NCBI GenBank assembly: GCA_965662845.1 | Contig: CBFIJD010000015.1 | Coordinates: 1 to 64,000 of the forward strand | Source: an uncultured bacterium | GTDB lineage: Bacteria; SAR324; NAC60-12 | Direction of reading: 5' to 3' | DNA: 64,000 nt | Shown: positions 8,553 through 17,284 of the stretch, in pieces | How the letters are laid out: every line of letters begins with the position of its first letter | Numbering within the stretch: the first letter of the stretch is position 1 | Notes under the pieces: generated by a model | Seen by the model: only the letters and a program-made list of their open reading frames with translations | Database searches by the model: none | Told to the model about the DNA's origin: nothing | Program-made: the position numbers and the translations under genes

Positions 8553-9872
8553 ATGAACAACCGAAATCCAATTTTTGTCGTGGATGACGAGCCGGGCATC
8601 CGGAGTACGTTGGAAGGCGTGCTCGAAGACGAGGGCTACACGGTCGTGACGTGCGCAGACGCCACAGAATTTGCCTCCGCCAGTGCCGCACAGAGCCCGT
8701 CCCTCGTTTTGCTCGATATCTGGCTGCCTGGCGAAGACGGAATGGCGATCTTGAAACGCCTCCGTGCTGAGCGGCCAGAGCTACCGGTCATTATGATGAG
8801 CGGCCACGCAGGGATTGAATCCGCCGTGAACGCGATCAAATTGGGAGCACGAGACTTCTTAGAGAAGCCGCTACATCTGGATGTCTTGCTCGACAAAGTC
8901 GCGGGAGCGCTCAAATCGGCAGAGAAAAGCTCCGAGTCAGAGCTGCCATCCGATACACGCATTGAAACCGCGAGGTATCAGCCGGTCGTCAACGCGCAAG
9001 CCGTGGAGTTGGTGACGACCTCTGAGCGTCAAAAGACCCTGCAAGGCAACGTCGTGCTCAATGGGACAGGGCTTCTCAGCGGACGAAACACAGGGATCAT
9101 CCTGAGTCCTGCGGAACCCAACACAGGGATCGTCTTTCATACTCTAGGCGGCACGAGCATCCCCGGGCGCATCAACTGCTTAGAGAACTATCAGCAATCC
9201 CAAAATCAACAGAGCTTTACGGCGAACTCGACCGTGCTCGCGCGCGACAGCCGCCGAGTCCGCACCGTTGAGCACCTCATGGCCGCGATTTCGATGGCTG
9301 GTTTGCACAATGTGCAGATCAAAGCAGACGAAGAGATTCCCAACATTGATGGCTCAGCGTTAGACTTTGCGAAGCTGATTGAAGAGGCCGGAGTCGTGGA
9401 GCAAGACGCGCCGTTGACAGTCGCAGTGGTGCGAGAAAAGCTGGGTGTGGGCACGGAAGATCCGGAGCAGAAATTTTTGTTTGTGGAGCCATTTGACGGC
9501 TTTGAAGTGCAAATGCGCGTCAACTACCCGCCGCCAATTTCGGAGCAGCAGCTCACCTTCAACCCAGAGCAGCATCCATTTATAGAAGAGATTGCGCCGG
9601 CGCGCTCGTTCAATACGTTTCAGAACATCGACATGGCTCAGAAGATGGGGAAGGTGGGCAGCGGCTACTTGAACTCTCACATCATCATGCACGAAGGGAA
9701 GGTCATCAATACAGAGCTGCGGTTTGAAGACGAATTTGTGCGTCACAAAATTTTGGATTTGATTGGCGACTTATACTTGCTGGGCTATCCATTGCGCGGG
9801 CGCGTGGTCGCGAACATGACGTCTCATGGATACAACCAAGCGCTGGTGCAAAAGATGTGGAGCTGTCTGTGA
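8553..9872 (+). CDS. lpxC: Fusion of a response regulator receiver (NtrX-like) and UDP-3-O-acyl-GlcNAc deacetylase LpxC
   Basis: aa 1-120 REC (D11-D12, D55 in LLDIWLPG, S83, K105); C-terminal LpxC with QKTL, TVEHLMAA, PNIDGSA, HKILDLIGDL, SH. Confidence 0.92.
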   Translation: MNNRNPIFVVDDEPGIRSTLEGVLEDEGYTVVTCADATEFASASAAQSPSLVLLDIWLPGEDGMAILKRLRAERPELPVIMMSGHAGIESAVNAIKLGARDFLEKPLHLDVLLDKVAGALKSAEKSSESELPSDTRIETARYQPVVNAQAVELVTTSERQKTLQGNVVLNGTGLLSGRNTGIILSPAEPNTGIVFHTLGGTSIPGRINCLENYQQSQNQQSFTANSTVLARDSRRVRTVEHLMAAISMAGLHNVQIKADEEIPNIDGSALDFAKLIEEAGVVEQDAPLTVAVVREKLGVGTEDPEQKFLFVEPFDGFEVQMRVNYPPPISEQQLTFNPEQHPFIEEIAPARSFNTFQNIDMAQKMGKVGSGYLNSHIIMHEGKVINTELRFEDEFVRHKILDLIGDLYLLGYPLRGRVVANMTSHGYNQALVQKMWSCL

Positions 9873-9887
9873 GCGGCCACCGGTCGA

Positions 9888-12059
9888 TCAATACTGTGCC
9901 TTCGCGTAGTAGGTTTGGCGGGAGGCTTCTTGGGCCTCTTGAATGGTGTGGATGCCTTTCTCGGCGAGCATCGGGATCAGGTGGAGCATGATCTGACCCG
10001 TGACGCGGGCGTCTCCCAGCGCGGTGTGACGTCCCTCAATGCGTAAGTTCAGACGCCGTGAGATGCTCTCCAGGTCGTGCATCTCTTGGTTCGGGTGTAC
10101 CACTGCCGACAGCAAGAGCGTATCGAGCACGGGATTGCGGAATTTGACGCCCGTTTTGCGCTCTTTGAGCTGCAGAAAGCGCATGTCAAACGCGGCGTTG
10201 TGCGCGAGCAGCACGCTGTTCTCTGTGAACTGATAGAATTGAGGCAAGACTTTGTCGATGGTTGGTTGCCCTGCAAGCATGGAAGGCTGAATGCCATGGA
10301 TCTCAATCGACGCCGGAGAAATTTCGCGACGCGGATCAATCAACTGTTCGAAGGTTTCGTTTTCTAACAATTTGCCGTTCACAATGTGCATTGCGCCAAT
10401 CGAGATGATTTCGTCTCCACCCGAAGGGTTGAGCCCTGTCGTTTCGGTGTCAAACACGGTGTAGCTCACGTCCGCTAGCCGCGCGTTGGCGATCTCAGGG
10501 TCGGCAAGCTCTTTGTCGAAGAGATCAAAGTCGTAGAAGATCGGGCGGCCTCCCAAATACACGTGTGAGGTCGTGGCTCCTGCTGTGGGACGCTCCACGG
10601 CAGGAAACAACAGGCGCAGATAATGCTGCTGTGTGTCAGAGCTGCCCTCCAACCAAATCTCCACGTCGTGCCGACGACAAACCTCGGACAGAGTGATTGT
10701 TGAGTCTGCCGCCTCGGCGCGAATGGGATACTCTAGCCAACTTCTGAGCTGATCAGCCGCCAACGGCTCTCCCTCCCACGTCAAATCCACGACCGCAAAG
10801 TCAGAGTCAGCCGCGGCTCCCCCAGAGGGCGCGAACGGGGCGCGTCGAATCTCAATGATGTCTAGGCCCAAGGTCTGCTGCAACTGTTCAAACAAGAAGT
10901 AGAGCCCTTTGTTGAGCAAGAAGCGGTTCAGATCAGCGAATTGGTCGGGTTGCTCTTCCGCTTGGTAGCGAATGTGATACTTGGCAGAGGGATCGCTGTG
11001 GCGATAGAGATCGGTGAGCCAGTCGTGAATAGAGGTCGAGGTGAGCGGACAGAGGTGTTTTAGTTCACGAGAAGTATGCAGGTGCCGTTCGGACAAGAGA
11101 TCGGTGAGTTGAACCGTTTGGGATTGAATCATCTCCAAGAAGGCGTGCTGTTGTTGGGCGGGCATGTCGGGATAGTCCAGCATGGTCTCAACTGAGGCAC
11201 GAATGTTCGCGATGGCCGCGCGGCGCTGTTCAATGGTTTCTTGCTGCAACATGTTGAGCGGATGATTGGCCTGCGGTCGGGGGGTTTGATCTTCGCAAAC
11301 GAGGATGAACCCGCTCAGGTCATGATCTTGTCCTAATAGCCCCAGCAACTGCACACGCAACAGATGGGCGCCCTGCCAAAGCATAAAGGGTTGCACCAAG
11401 CTGGAGTTGCCCATCTGCTGTCGCTCACGCAGATCGTGCAGCGTATAGTCTAAGAGAGGCGCCTGTAGCGTGTTCTGAATCTGTTTTCCTAAGCCGAGCA
11501 ACGCGGAGTTGTTTTCGCTGCCTGCGGCGGGATTGAGCATCGTCTTCGCCGCACGATTGTAGAGCAGCACGACTCCGTCGCGATTACAGACCACAATGCC
11601 CTCTTGCAATTCTTCAATGAGCATGGCGAGGACGTTCTTTTCCCGCTCGACCTCTGCCTTGGCGTGCGAGATTTGCTCTTGGACTTGCTCTTGTGCGGCT
11701 GCGGTTTGTTCGGCGAGCCGATTGATGTGTCGCGCCAAATTGCTCACGGTGTTAGCGCCGTGCGGTTCAACGCGGTGTCGTAAATTGCCAGAAGACAAGA
11801 TTTGCGCTTCTTCACGCAATTGGGCCAGAGGAATCCAAAAACGATCCAGCAACCACTTGGATCCAGAGATCAAGACGACCACGAGGAGAACCAGCGGCGC
11901 GACCATGAAGAATTGATAGGGAAAAATCAGCGCGGCGACCTGTTGCCGATCTGCAGGCTCTAGTTGGTTATAGATGAGCACTTCCCACAGGCCGACCGTA
12001 GCGACCAGCAAGACGCTGCAGCCATACCACAGCATCGTTAGACGCGCTTTGGCTTTCAT
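9888..12059 (-). CDS. Membrane protein with HAMP, PAS-like and degenerate kinase-like region plus a C-terminal DEDDh (DnaQ-like) exonuclease
   Basis: Two N-terminal TMs; HAMP (PLAQLREEA..LARHINRLA); PAS start (EGIVVCNRDGVVLLYN); DTETTG, AHNAAFD, DTL, HTALGDA. Confidence 0.85.
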   Translation of the reverse strand: MKAKARLTMLWYGCSVLLVATVGLWEVLIYNQLEPADRQQVAALIFPYQFFMVAPLVLLVVVLISGSKWLLDRFWIPLAQLREEAQILSSGNLRHRVEPHGANTVSNLARHINRLAEQTAAAQEQVQEQISHAKAEVEREKNVLAMLIEELQEGIVVCNRDGVVLLYNRAAKTMLNPAAGSENNSALLGLGKQIQNTLQAPLLDYTLHDLRERQQMGNSSLVQPFMLWQGAHLLRVQLLGLLGQDHDLSGFILVCEDQTPRPQANHPLNMLQQETIEQRRAAIANIRASVETMLDYPDMPAQQQHAFLEMIQSQTVQLTDLLSERHLHTSRELKHLCPLTSTSIHDWLTDLYRHSDPSAKYHIRYQAEEQPDQFADLNRFLLNKGLYFLFEQLQQTLGLDIIEIRRAPFAPSGGAAADSDFAVVDLTWEGEPLAADQLRSWLEYPIRAEAADSTITLSEVCRRHDVEIWLEGSSDTQQHYLRLLFPAVERPTAGATTSHVYLGGRPIFYDFDLFDKELADPEIANARLADVSYTVFDTETTGLNPSGGDEIISIGAMHIVNGKLLENETFEQLIDPRREISPASIEIHGIQPSMLAGQPTIDKVLPQFYQFTENSVLLAHNAAFDMRFLQLKERKTGVKFRNPVLDTLLLSAVVHPNQEMHDLESISRRLNLRIEGRHTALGDARVTGQIMLHLIPMLAEKGIHTIQEAQEASRQTYYAKAQY

Positions 12060-12152
12060 GGTTCCTCCCCCACAAATAGTTATGATTTTGGGTGCAAAGG
12101 CGCGAACCTACCAAATTTCACGCAGATAAGGAAATGTGATTTCGGGAGAAAT

Positions 12153-12734
12153 TTATCGCGTAGAACGCAGAGGAGGAATGCGGGTGCCCGACGCGCTCTC
12201 AATCCACCAGCGTTCGAGCAGAACTCGCGGGTCAGGCGCGGGATTCGTGAAGCGGAGTTCTCCCCATTGCTTGGGCAACAACGTGGCTTCGTCAGGAAAA
12301 ATATGGAGCTGCTGCTCGACGCGCGCGGCTGCTCGGGTCGGGTCCCAGAATTGGAGCCCTAAGGTCACGCGAGAGATGTTCCAGTCGGGGGTGCCATTGC
12401 GTAAGCGGAACTCTAGCTCGCCGCCAAACTCTTGTAGCAGCTCGCCGCCAATTTGGGCGATCGCGTGATTCGGGAGCGCTTGCGCTGGACGTGAGGTGGG
12501 GAAGGCGCTGCTCTCAGCGGAGTCGCTCTCTGCAAATTTTTTGCGGCAGGCGTCCAAAATGGCTTGGGCGGCGATGTCGCTTTGCACGCCTTTCATGTGG
12601 TTCAAAATACAGTCTTCATACGTGCCGTGAGCGGCGTTGCCGAGCACTCCCGCGAGGGGGAGCAGCTGGGCGGTCGCGGTGAGCGCGCCGAGCACCATTC
12701 CACAAAGCAACCCAAGTAAAAACCGAGCGAACAT
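12153..12734 (-). CDS. Secreted hypothetical protein with a two-Cys helical motif
   Basis: Signal peptide; YEDCILNHMKGVQSDIAAQAILDACRKKF motif (resembles the VF_A0006-type motif from memory). Confidence 0.6.
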   Translation of the reverse strand: MFARFLLGLLCGMVLGALTATAQLLPLAGVLGNAAHGTYEDCILNHMKGVQSDIAAQAILDACRKKFAESDSAESSAFPTSRPAQALPNHAIAQIGGELLQEFGGELEFRLRNGTPDWNISRVTLGLQFWDPTRAAARVEQQLHIFPDEATLLPKQWGELRFTNPAPDPRVLLERWWIESASGTRIPPLRSTR

Positions 12735-12817
12735 GCAGCGTACTTTGAAAGAAAAGACATTGAAGGAACAATTCCTGCGAGACTAGAGCCGCCTAGCAGG
12801 AATCACGCAAGGTGGGC

Positions 12818-13297
12818 TCAGAACGCAGCTTTGATCGCGCTGCGGACTTCTTCGGCATCAGGCGCGGTGCGTGGCGCAAAGCGCTGCAGAACCTGTCCGT
12901 CTTTGCTGATGAGAAACTTCTCAAAGTTCCACGTGATGGCGCCAGGGAAAGCCGCGTCAGGGCCTGTGAGGAAGGCATAGAGCGGGTGTTGGGTCGCGCC
13001 GTTGACGTCAACTTTGCTGAACATTGGGAAGGTGATGTCATACTTAGTCTGGCAAAACTGCTGAATCTCAGCCTCGGTCCCTGGTTCCTGGGCTCCAAAC
13101 TGATTGCATGGGAACCCAAGCACGGCGAATCCGTTAGCTTCTTGTTCGCGATGCAAGGCCTCCAGCGCTGTGTATTGGGGCGTGAGACCACAGCGGCTAG
13201 CGACATTGACGAGCAACAACACCTTGCCGGCATATTCCGCAAGTGAAATCGTTTCGCCTGTAATCCGACGGACTTGAAAATCGTGTGTGTTTGCCAT
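12818..13297 (-). CDS. Glutathione peroxidase family protein (Cys type)
   Basis: GKVLLLVNVASRCGLTPQY, LGFPCNQFG.QEP, WNFEKFL. Confidence 0.95.
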   Translation of the reverse strand: MANTHDFQVRRITGETISLAEYAGKVLLLVNVASRCGLTPQYTALEALHREQEANGFAVLGFPCNQFGAQEPGTEAEIQQFCQTKYDITFPMFSKVDVNGATQHPLYAFLTGPDAAFPGAITWNFEKFLISKDGQVLQRFAPRTAPDAEEVRSAIKAAF

Positions 13298-13546
13298 GAG
13301 AGCTCCATTTTTATGGGGGAAAGAAGGCGGAAGGCCTAGCGTTCACGCAGGAGGGCTTCAGTTTGATCTAATTGTGGCAGGCAAGCAACGCTTCATTGAA
13401 TTGGGAGAGAGCCTCCCGAATGTTGCGCCTGTTGTTGCTGCGGGCGCTTGTGCGTAAGTGTCTGTTTCTACGTGTTTCTTGACAAACTGAGCGGGCTCCC
13501 TTAACCGTTTAGAGCGCTTTTTTTCAATGACAAGTCAGCGCTGCCC

Positions 13547-13564
13547 CTGTCACTGTGTTGTCAC
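13547..13564 (+). promoter_or_regulatory. Pho-box-like / OmpR-family direct repeat
   Basis: CTGTCAC-tgtg-TTGTCAC, 11 bp period, in the intergenic region. Confidence 0.3.
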
Positions 13565-13677
13565 GCTGTGCGCCTGGCAACAGAGTTGTGCGCTTCACCA
13601 TGGCGTGCTTGCGTGTGTCGAACATTCTCACCAGCCTATCGGGCTTTTGTTTCTCAACTCTTGTAGAGCATTGTGAC

Positions 13678-13868
13678 ATGTATTACACCTTCGTTGCGAT
13701 TCATGTGACGTCCGTGTGTCTTGTAGTCGGAACCTTGTTTGTTCAGTCGTTAGCTGTGATCTTTCGGTTACGTATGAATGACGCCGCGCAGATCGCGGGA
13801 GCGCAGTGGATGCAAAACCGAATTTACAAATTTATTTACTACCCCATCTTAGGAATCGCGGTGGCCAC
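13678..13868 (+). CDS. Small integral membrane protein, 3' end lost in a gap
   Basis: MYYTFVAIHVTSVCLVVGTLF...; hydrophobic segments with a His in TM1. Confidence 0.55.
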
Positions 13869-14343
13869 NNNNNNNNNNNNNNNNNNNNNNNNNNNNNNNN
13901 NNNNNNNNNNNNNNNNNNNNNNNNNNNNNNNNNNNNNNNNNNNNNNNNNNNNNNNNNNNNNNNNNNNNNNNNNNNNNNNNNNNNNNNNNNNNNNNNNNNN
14001 NNNNNNNNNNNNNNNNNNNNNNNNNNNNNNNNNNNNNNNNNNNNNNNNNNNNNNNNNNNNNNNNNNNNNNNNNNNNNNNNNNNNNNNNNNNNNNNNNNNN
14101 NNNNNNNNNNNNNNNNNNNNNNNNNNNNNNNNNNNNNNNNNNNNNNNNNNNNNNNNNNNNNNNNNNNNNNNNNNNNNNNNNNNNNNNNNNNNNNNNNNNN
14201 NNNNNNNNNNNNNNNNNNNNNNNNNNNNNNNNNNNNNNNNNNNNNNNNNNNNNNNNNNNNNNNNNNNNNNNNNNNNNNNNNNNNNNNNNNNNNNNNNNNN
14301 NNNNNNNNNNNNNNNNNNNNNNNNNNNNNNNNNNNNNNNNNNN

Positions 14344-15719
14344 GGATTGGCGGAAATACTGGAAGGAGGCGGCAGAGCGCTATGAGCAAAATGGACAGCT
14401 GGCAGCGTCCAAAGAAGCCGCGAGCGCCGTCGAGTTCATTGAGCGCTATGTCAAATATCGCCTAGAAAAAGTGCTGCAGATGCCTGCGGCTGAACGGCAC
14501 GACGCGCTCAAGTTCTTTGTGCCATTCAGCATGGACGGAGGCATGGAGACCTTCCTTCAGCACTTTTTTCAGTTTGATGTGATCAACGACCAACTGGAGT
14601 TCGTGGAGCGCGATCCCTATTACAAGGAAAACCACATTCTCTACGACATCTACAAAATCAAGAAGACTGTCGAGGCGATTGACGTGATGCAGAGCACCGT
14701 CGGGGTGGCAGAGCGTCAGTTTCCCTCCCGGTTTGCTGAGAAAGAGAAGCAAGAGATTTTGCTCTCCTTGCGCAAAGTGCTGCAGATGTTGATCGTGAAT
14801 ACTATCAAACCAGAATTCCAAAAGACCGTTTATCAGCAGGTGAACCCCAAGTTTGTAGACAGCAAAAGTGTGCTCGAACGCCGCGAGAAAGGGATGCTGT
14901 ACTGCTATCCGCACGTCATTCAAAAGTACAATTACCGCAACCTCTTCTTCTTTCTGTTCTTTCGCGAGGGGATGATCAGCAAGGTCAAAGGGAAGCCGGT
15001 CAAAATGCACTACAACTACTTGCACTTTGAAATTCTGAAGCAGGAGTTCTTGGCATTTTGGCTCCAACAGAACCTGCAGAAAAATCCTGCCAAAGAGCAA
15101 ATCTATGAGCGCTACGAGGTCGAAGGCGACACCATCGCCAGTCATGTGCGCCGTGATCCAGCACAAGAGCTGCCCCTCCTCAAGAAAATCCCACCGAACG
15201 TNNNNNNNNNNNNNNNNNNNNNNNNNNNNNNNNNNNNNNNNNNNNNNNNNNNNNNNNNNNNNNNNNNNNNNNNNNNNNNNNNNNNNNNNNNNNNNNNNNN
15301 NNNNNNNNNNGTCTCCAAGAGCATCGAATACACACAAATGCCGCTGGAAGCGTTGCGAGACTTGGTCAAAACGACGAACGCCACCATGGAAGTGGTCGCT
15401 CCCGACGAAGAAGTGCTCGCAGGCGAACAAGAAGAAGACGCCGATCCGCACGATGCTGCCGCACAGGACTGGCCTCGCGCAGAGTTCTCCGAGGCGGTGC
15501 AAATTCATAAGCCCACGCACAGCGATCTCTCTTTCGGCTTCCTCACCCAAGCTTCGGCGAAATACAACGCGCGCCTCAACATCTTCAAAAACTACATGGA
15601 TGCAGAAGACTTTCAGCGCCTGCAAGAAGGCGTGAATTTCGTGATGCAGAAGTATCGTGACACCCCAGTCCTGCACATCCGCCGCATTCCTAAGCACGAT
15701 TGGACCGTCCCGTATTTCG
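14344..15719 (+). CDS. Large hypothetical protein (partial, bounded by gaps, one internal gap)
   Basis: Frame is open from the gap edge (DWRKYWKEAAERY...) to the next gap with coding-like codon usage; no recognised domain. Confidence 0.7.
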
Positions 15720-16035
15720 NNNNNNNNNNNNNNNNNNNNNNNNNNNNNNNNNNNNNNNNNNNNNNNNNNNNNNNNNNNNNNNNNNNNNNNNNNNNNNNNN
15801 NNNNNNNNNNNNNNNNNNNNNNNNNNNNNNNNNNNNNNNNNNNNNNNNNNNNNNNNNNNNNNNNNNNNNNNNNNNNNNNNNNNNNNNNNNNNNNNNNNNN
15901 NNNNNNNNNNNNNNNNNNNNNNNNNNNNNNNNNNNNNNNNNNNNNNNNNNNNNNNNNNNNNNNNNNNNNNNNNNNNNNNNNNNNNNNNNNNNNNNNNNNN
16001 NNNNNNNNNNNCATCCTCCCTCTGAAACCTGATCG

Positions 16036-17283
16036 TTGCTCACCAAAGACCTCCTCCGTCACCGCAACCGCAAGGGTCGCATCTATCCTCAGTTTCTGGA
16101 CCCTGCGGACGCCAGCTTACTTGAGTGCGCCTCCGCGCTGATTCACACCTTCCAAAGTGGCCTCCAACAGCAGCTCACGCGCCAGCAACTCAGCGATCAG
16201 ACCCAGCTGACGCTGCAAGCGCATCAATTCGACAATTTAGTGGGGAAAGGGCTGGAGAAGCTCTTGCTCGACCGCGCAGAGTTTGAGACGGGAGACGCGG
16301 AGTCACAGGCGCGGTTCCGAGACGAAATGTTTCGGACTGCCCGCGAGGCGCTGCAAGACGAAGCCACCGAGCTTCATCCTCAGCTCGCGGACTACTGGAA
16401 GCATGTGCAAGACCGCACAGGCCGAGACGTGCAAGAGATTCAAGCAGAACTATACGCAGACTTGCCGCCACAACAAAAGCTGCGAGGCTTTCGGTCTTAT
16501 AGCGCGGAGCAGCTGCTGCATCGCTACAACTGTGCGCAGGTGCAAGGTCTGTTGCTGCACTGTGAGTCGCTAGAGTTGACGTTGCAGCAGCCCGACTCTG
16601 GAGCGCTGAGGCAACTCTTCAAGTATGTGCGCTTTCACCAGCTGTTGTCGCAGATTCAAACGCACGATGCGCACACGTTTTGTTTGCGAGTCGATGGTCC
16701 ATTGAGCTTGTTCTACAAAACACAGAAATATGGCCTGCAGCTCGCGAACTTTTTTCCGGCCATTTTGCTGCAAGAACGCTGGGAGTTGCGCACTACGATT
16801 CAGTTTCGCCAGAAAGCTCCTCTGCAGCTGTGGCTGGATGCAAGCTGCAACATTCGTTCGCACTATCGCCAGTTTCACGATTACATCCCCGAAGAGTTTC
16901 AGCAGGTCGTGGAGCGCTTGCACGAGAAGCACCCCGATTGGTCGCTCACGACTGCGGGAAATTTTGTGTCGTTGGGCGGACAAAAGCACTGTTTCCCCGA
17001 CTTTGTGCTGCAACACTCGACCGGGGCGCAAGTGGCGCTAGAGCTGTTTCATGGTTGGCACGCGGCCCCGTTGCAAGAGCGACTGGAACAACTGGCGGTG
17101 CTAGAAGGGAGCGCCCCGTTGCTCTTGGGCGTGAGCCGTTCGCTCCTGAAAAACCAAGCGCTGCTGGGCCAGTTAGAGGAGTCTTCGTATTTTCAGAGTT
17201 ATGGCTTTCTCTTTCGAGAGTTGCCGACCACGGAGAAGCTCTGGAGCGCCCTGAAGGTGTGGTGGCAGCATCACAGCTCCTGA
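16036..17283 (+). CDS. DUF790 family protein (Bax1-like restriction-endonuclease-fold nuclease)
   Basis: MLTKDLL, LYADL, LLHRYN..QVQGLL, DGPLSLF....KYG.QLA.F.PA, PDF...ELF..W. Confidence 0.85.
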   Translation: MLTKDLLRHRNRKGRIYPQFLDPADASLLECASALIHTFQSGLQQQLTRQQLSDQTQLTLQAHQFDNLVGKGLEKLLLDRAEFETGDAESQARFRDEMFRTAREALQDEATELHPQLADYWKHVQDRTGRDVQEIQAELYADLPPQQKLRGFRSYSAEQLLHRYNCAQVQGLLLHCESLELTLQQPDSGALRQLFKYVRFHQLLSQIQTHDAHTFCLRVDGPLSLFYKTQKYGLQLANFFPAILLQERWELRTTIQFRQKAPLQLWLDASCNIRSHYRQFHDYIPEEFQQVVERLHEKHPDWSLTTAGNFVSLGGQKHCFPDFVLQHSTGAQVALELFHGWHAAPLQERLEQLAVLEGSAPLLLGVSRSLLKNQALLGQLEESSYFQSYGFLFRELPTTEKLWSALKVWWQHHSS

Positions 17284-17284
17284 G

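Noticed and set aside
9888..12059. Annotation as the replicative DNA polymerase III epsilon subunit (dnaQ)
   Set aside because: The TM, HAMP and PAS architecture is incompatible with a simple proofreading subunit, so no gene symbol was given.
12818..13297. Selenocysteine glutathione peroxidase
   Set aside because: The active-site codon is TGT (Cys) and the ORF has no in-frame TGA.
13555..14465. Long ORFs spanning the 475-N gap (similar ones at 2285-3065 and 15613-16062)
   Set aside because: Their length is an artefact of Ns translated as X; continuity across gaps cannot be established.
14462..15697. 411 aa minus-strand ORF
   Set aside because: It is the antisense shadow of the plus-strand gene, inflated by an N gap, and has no recognisable motifs.
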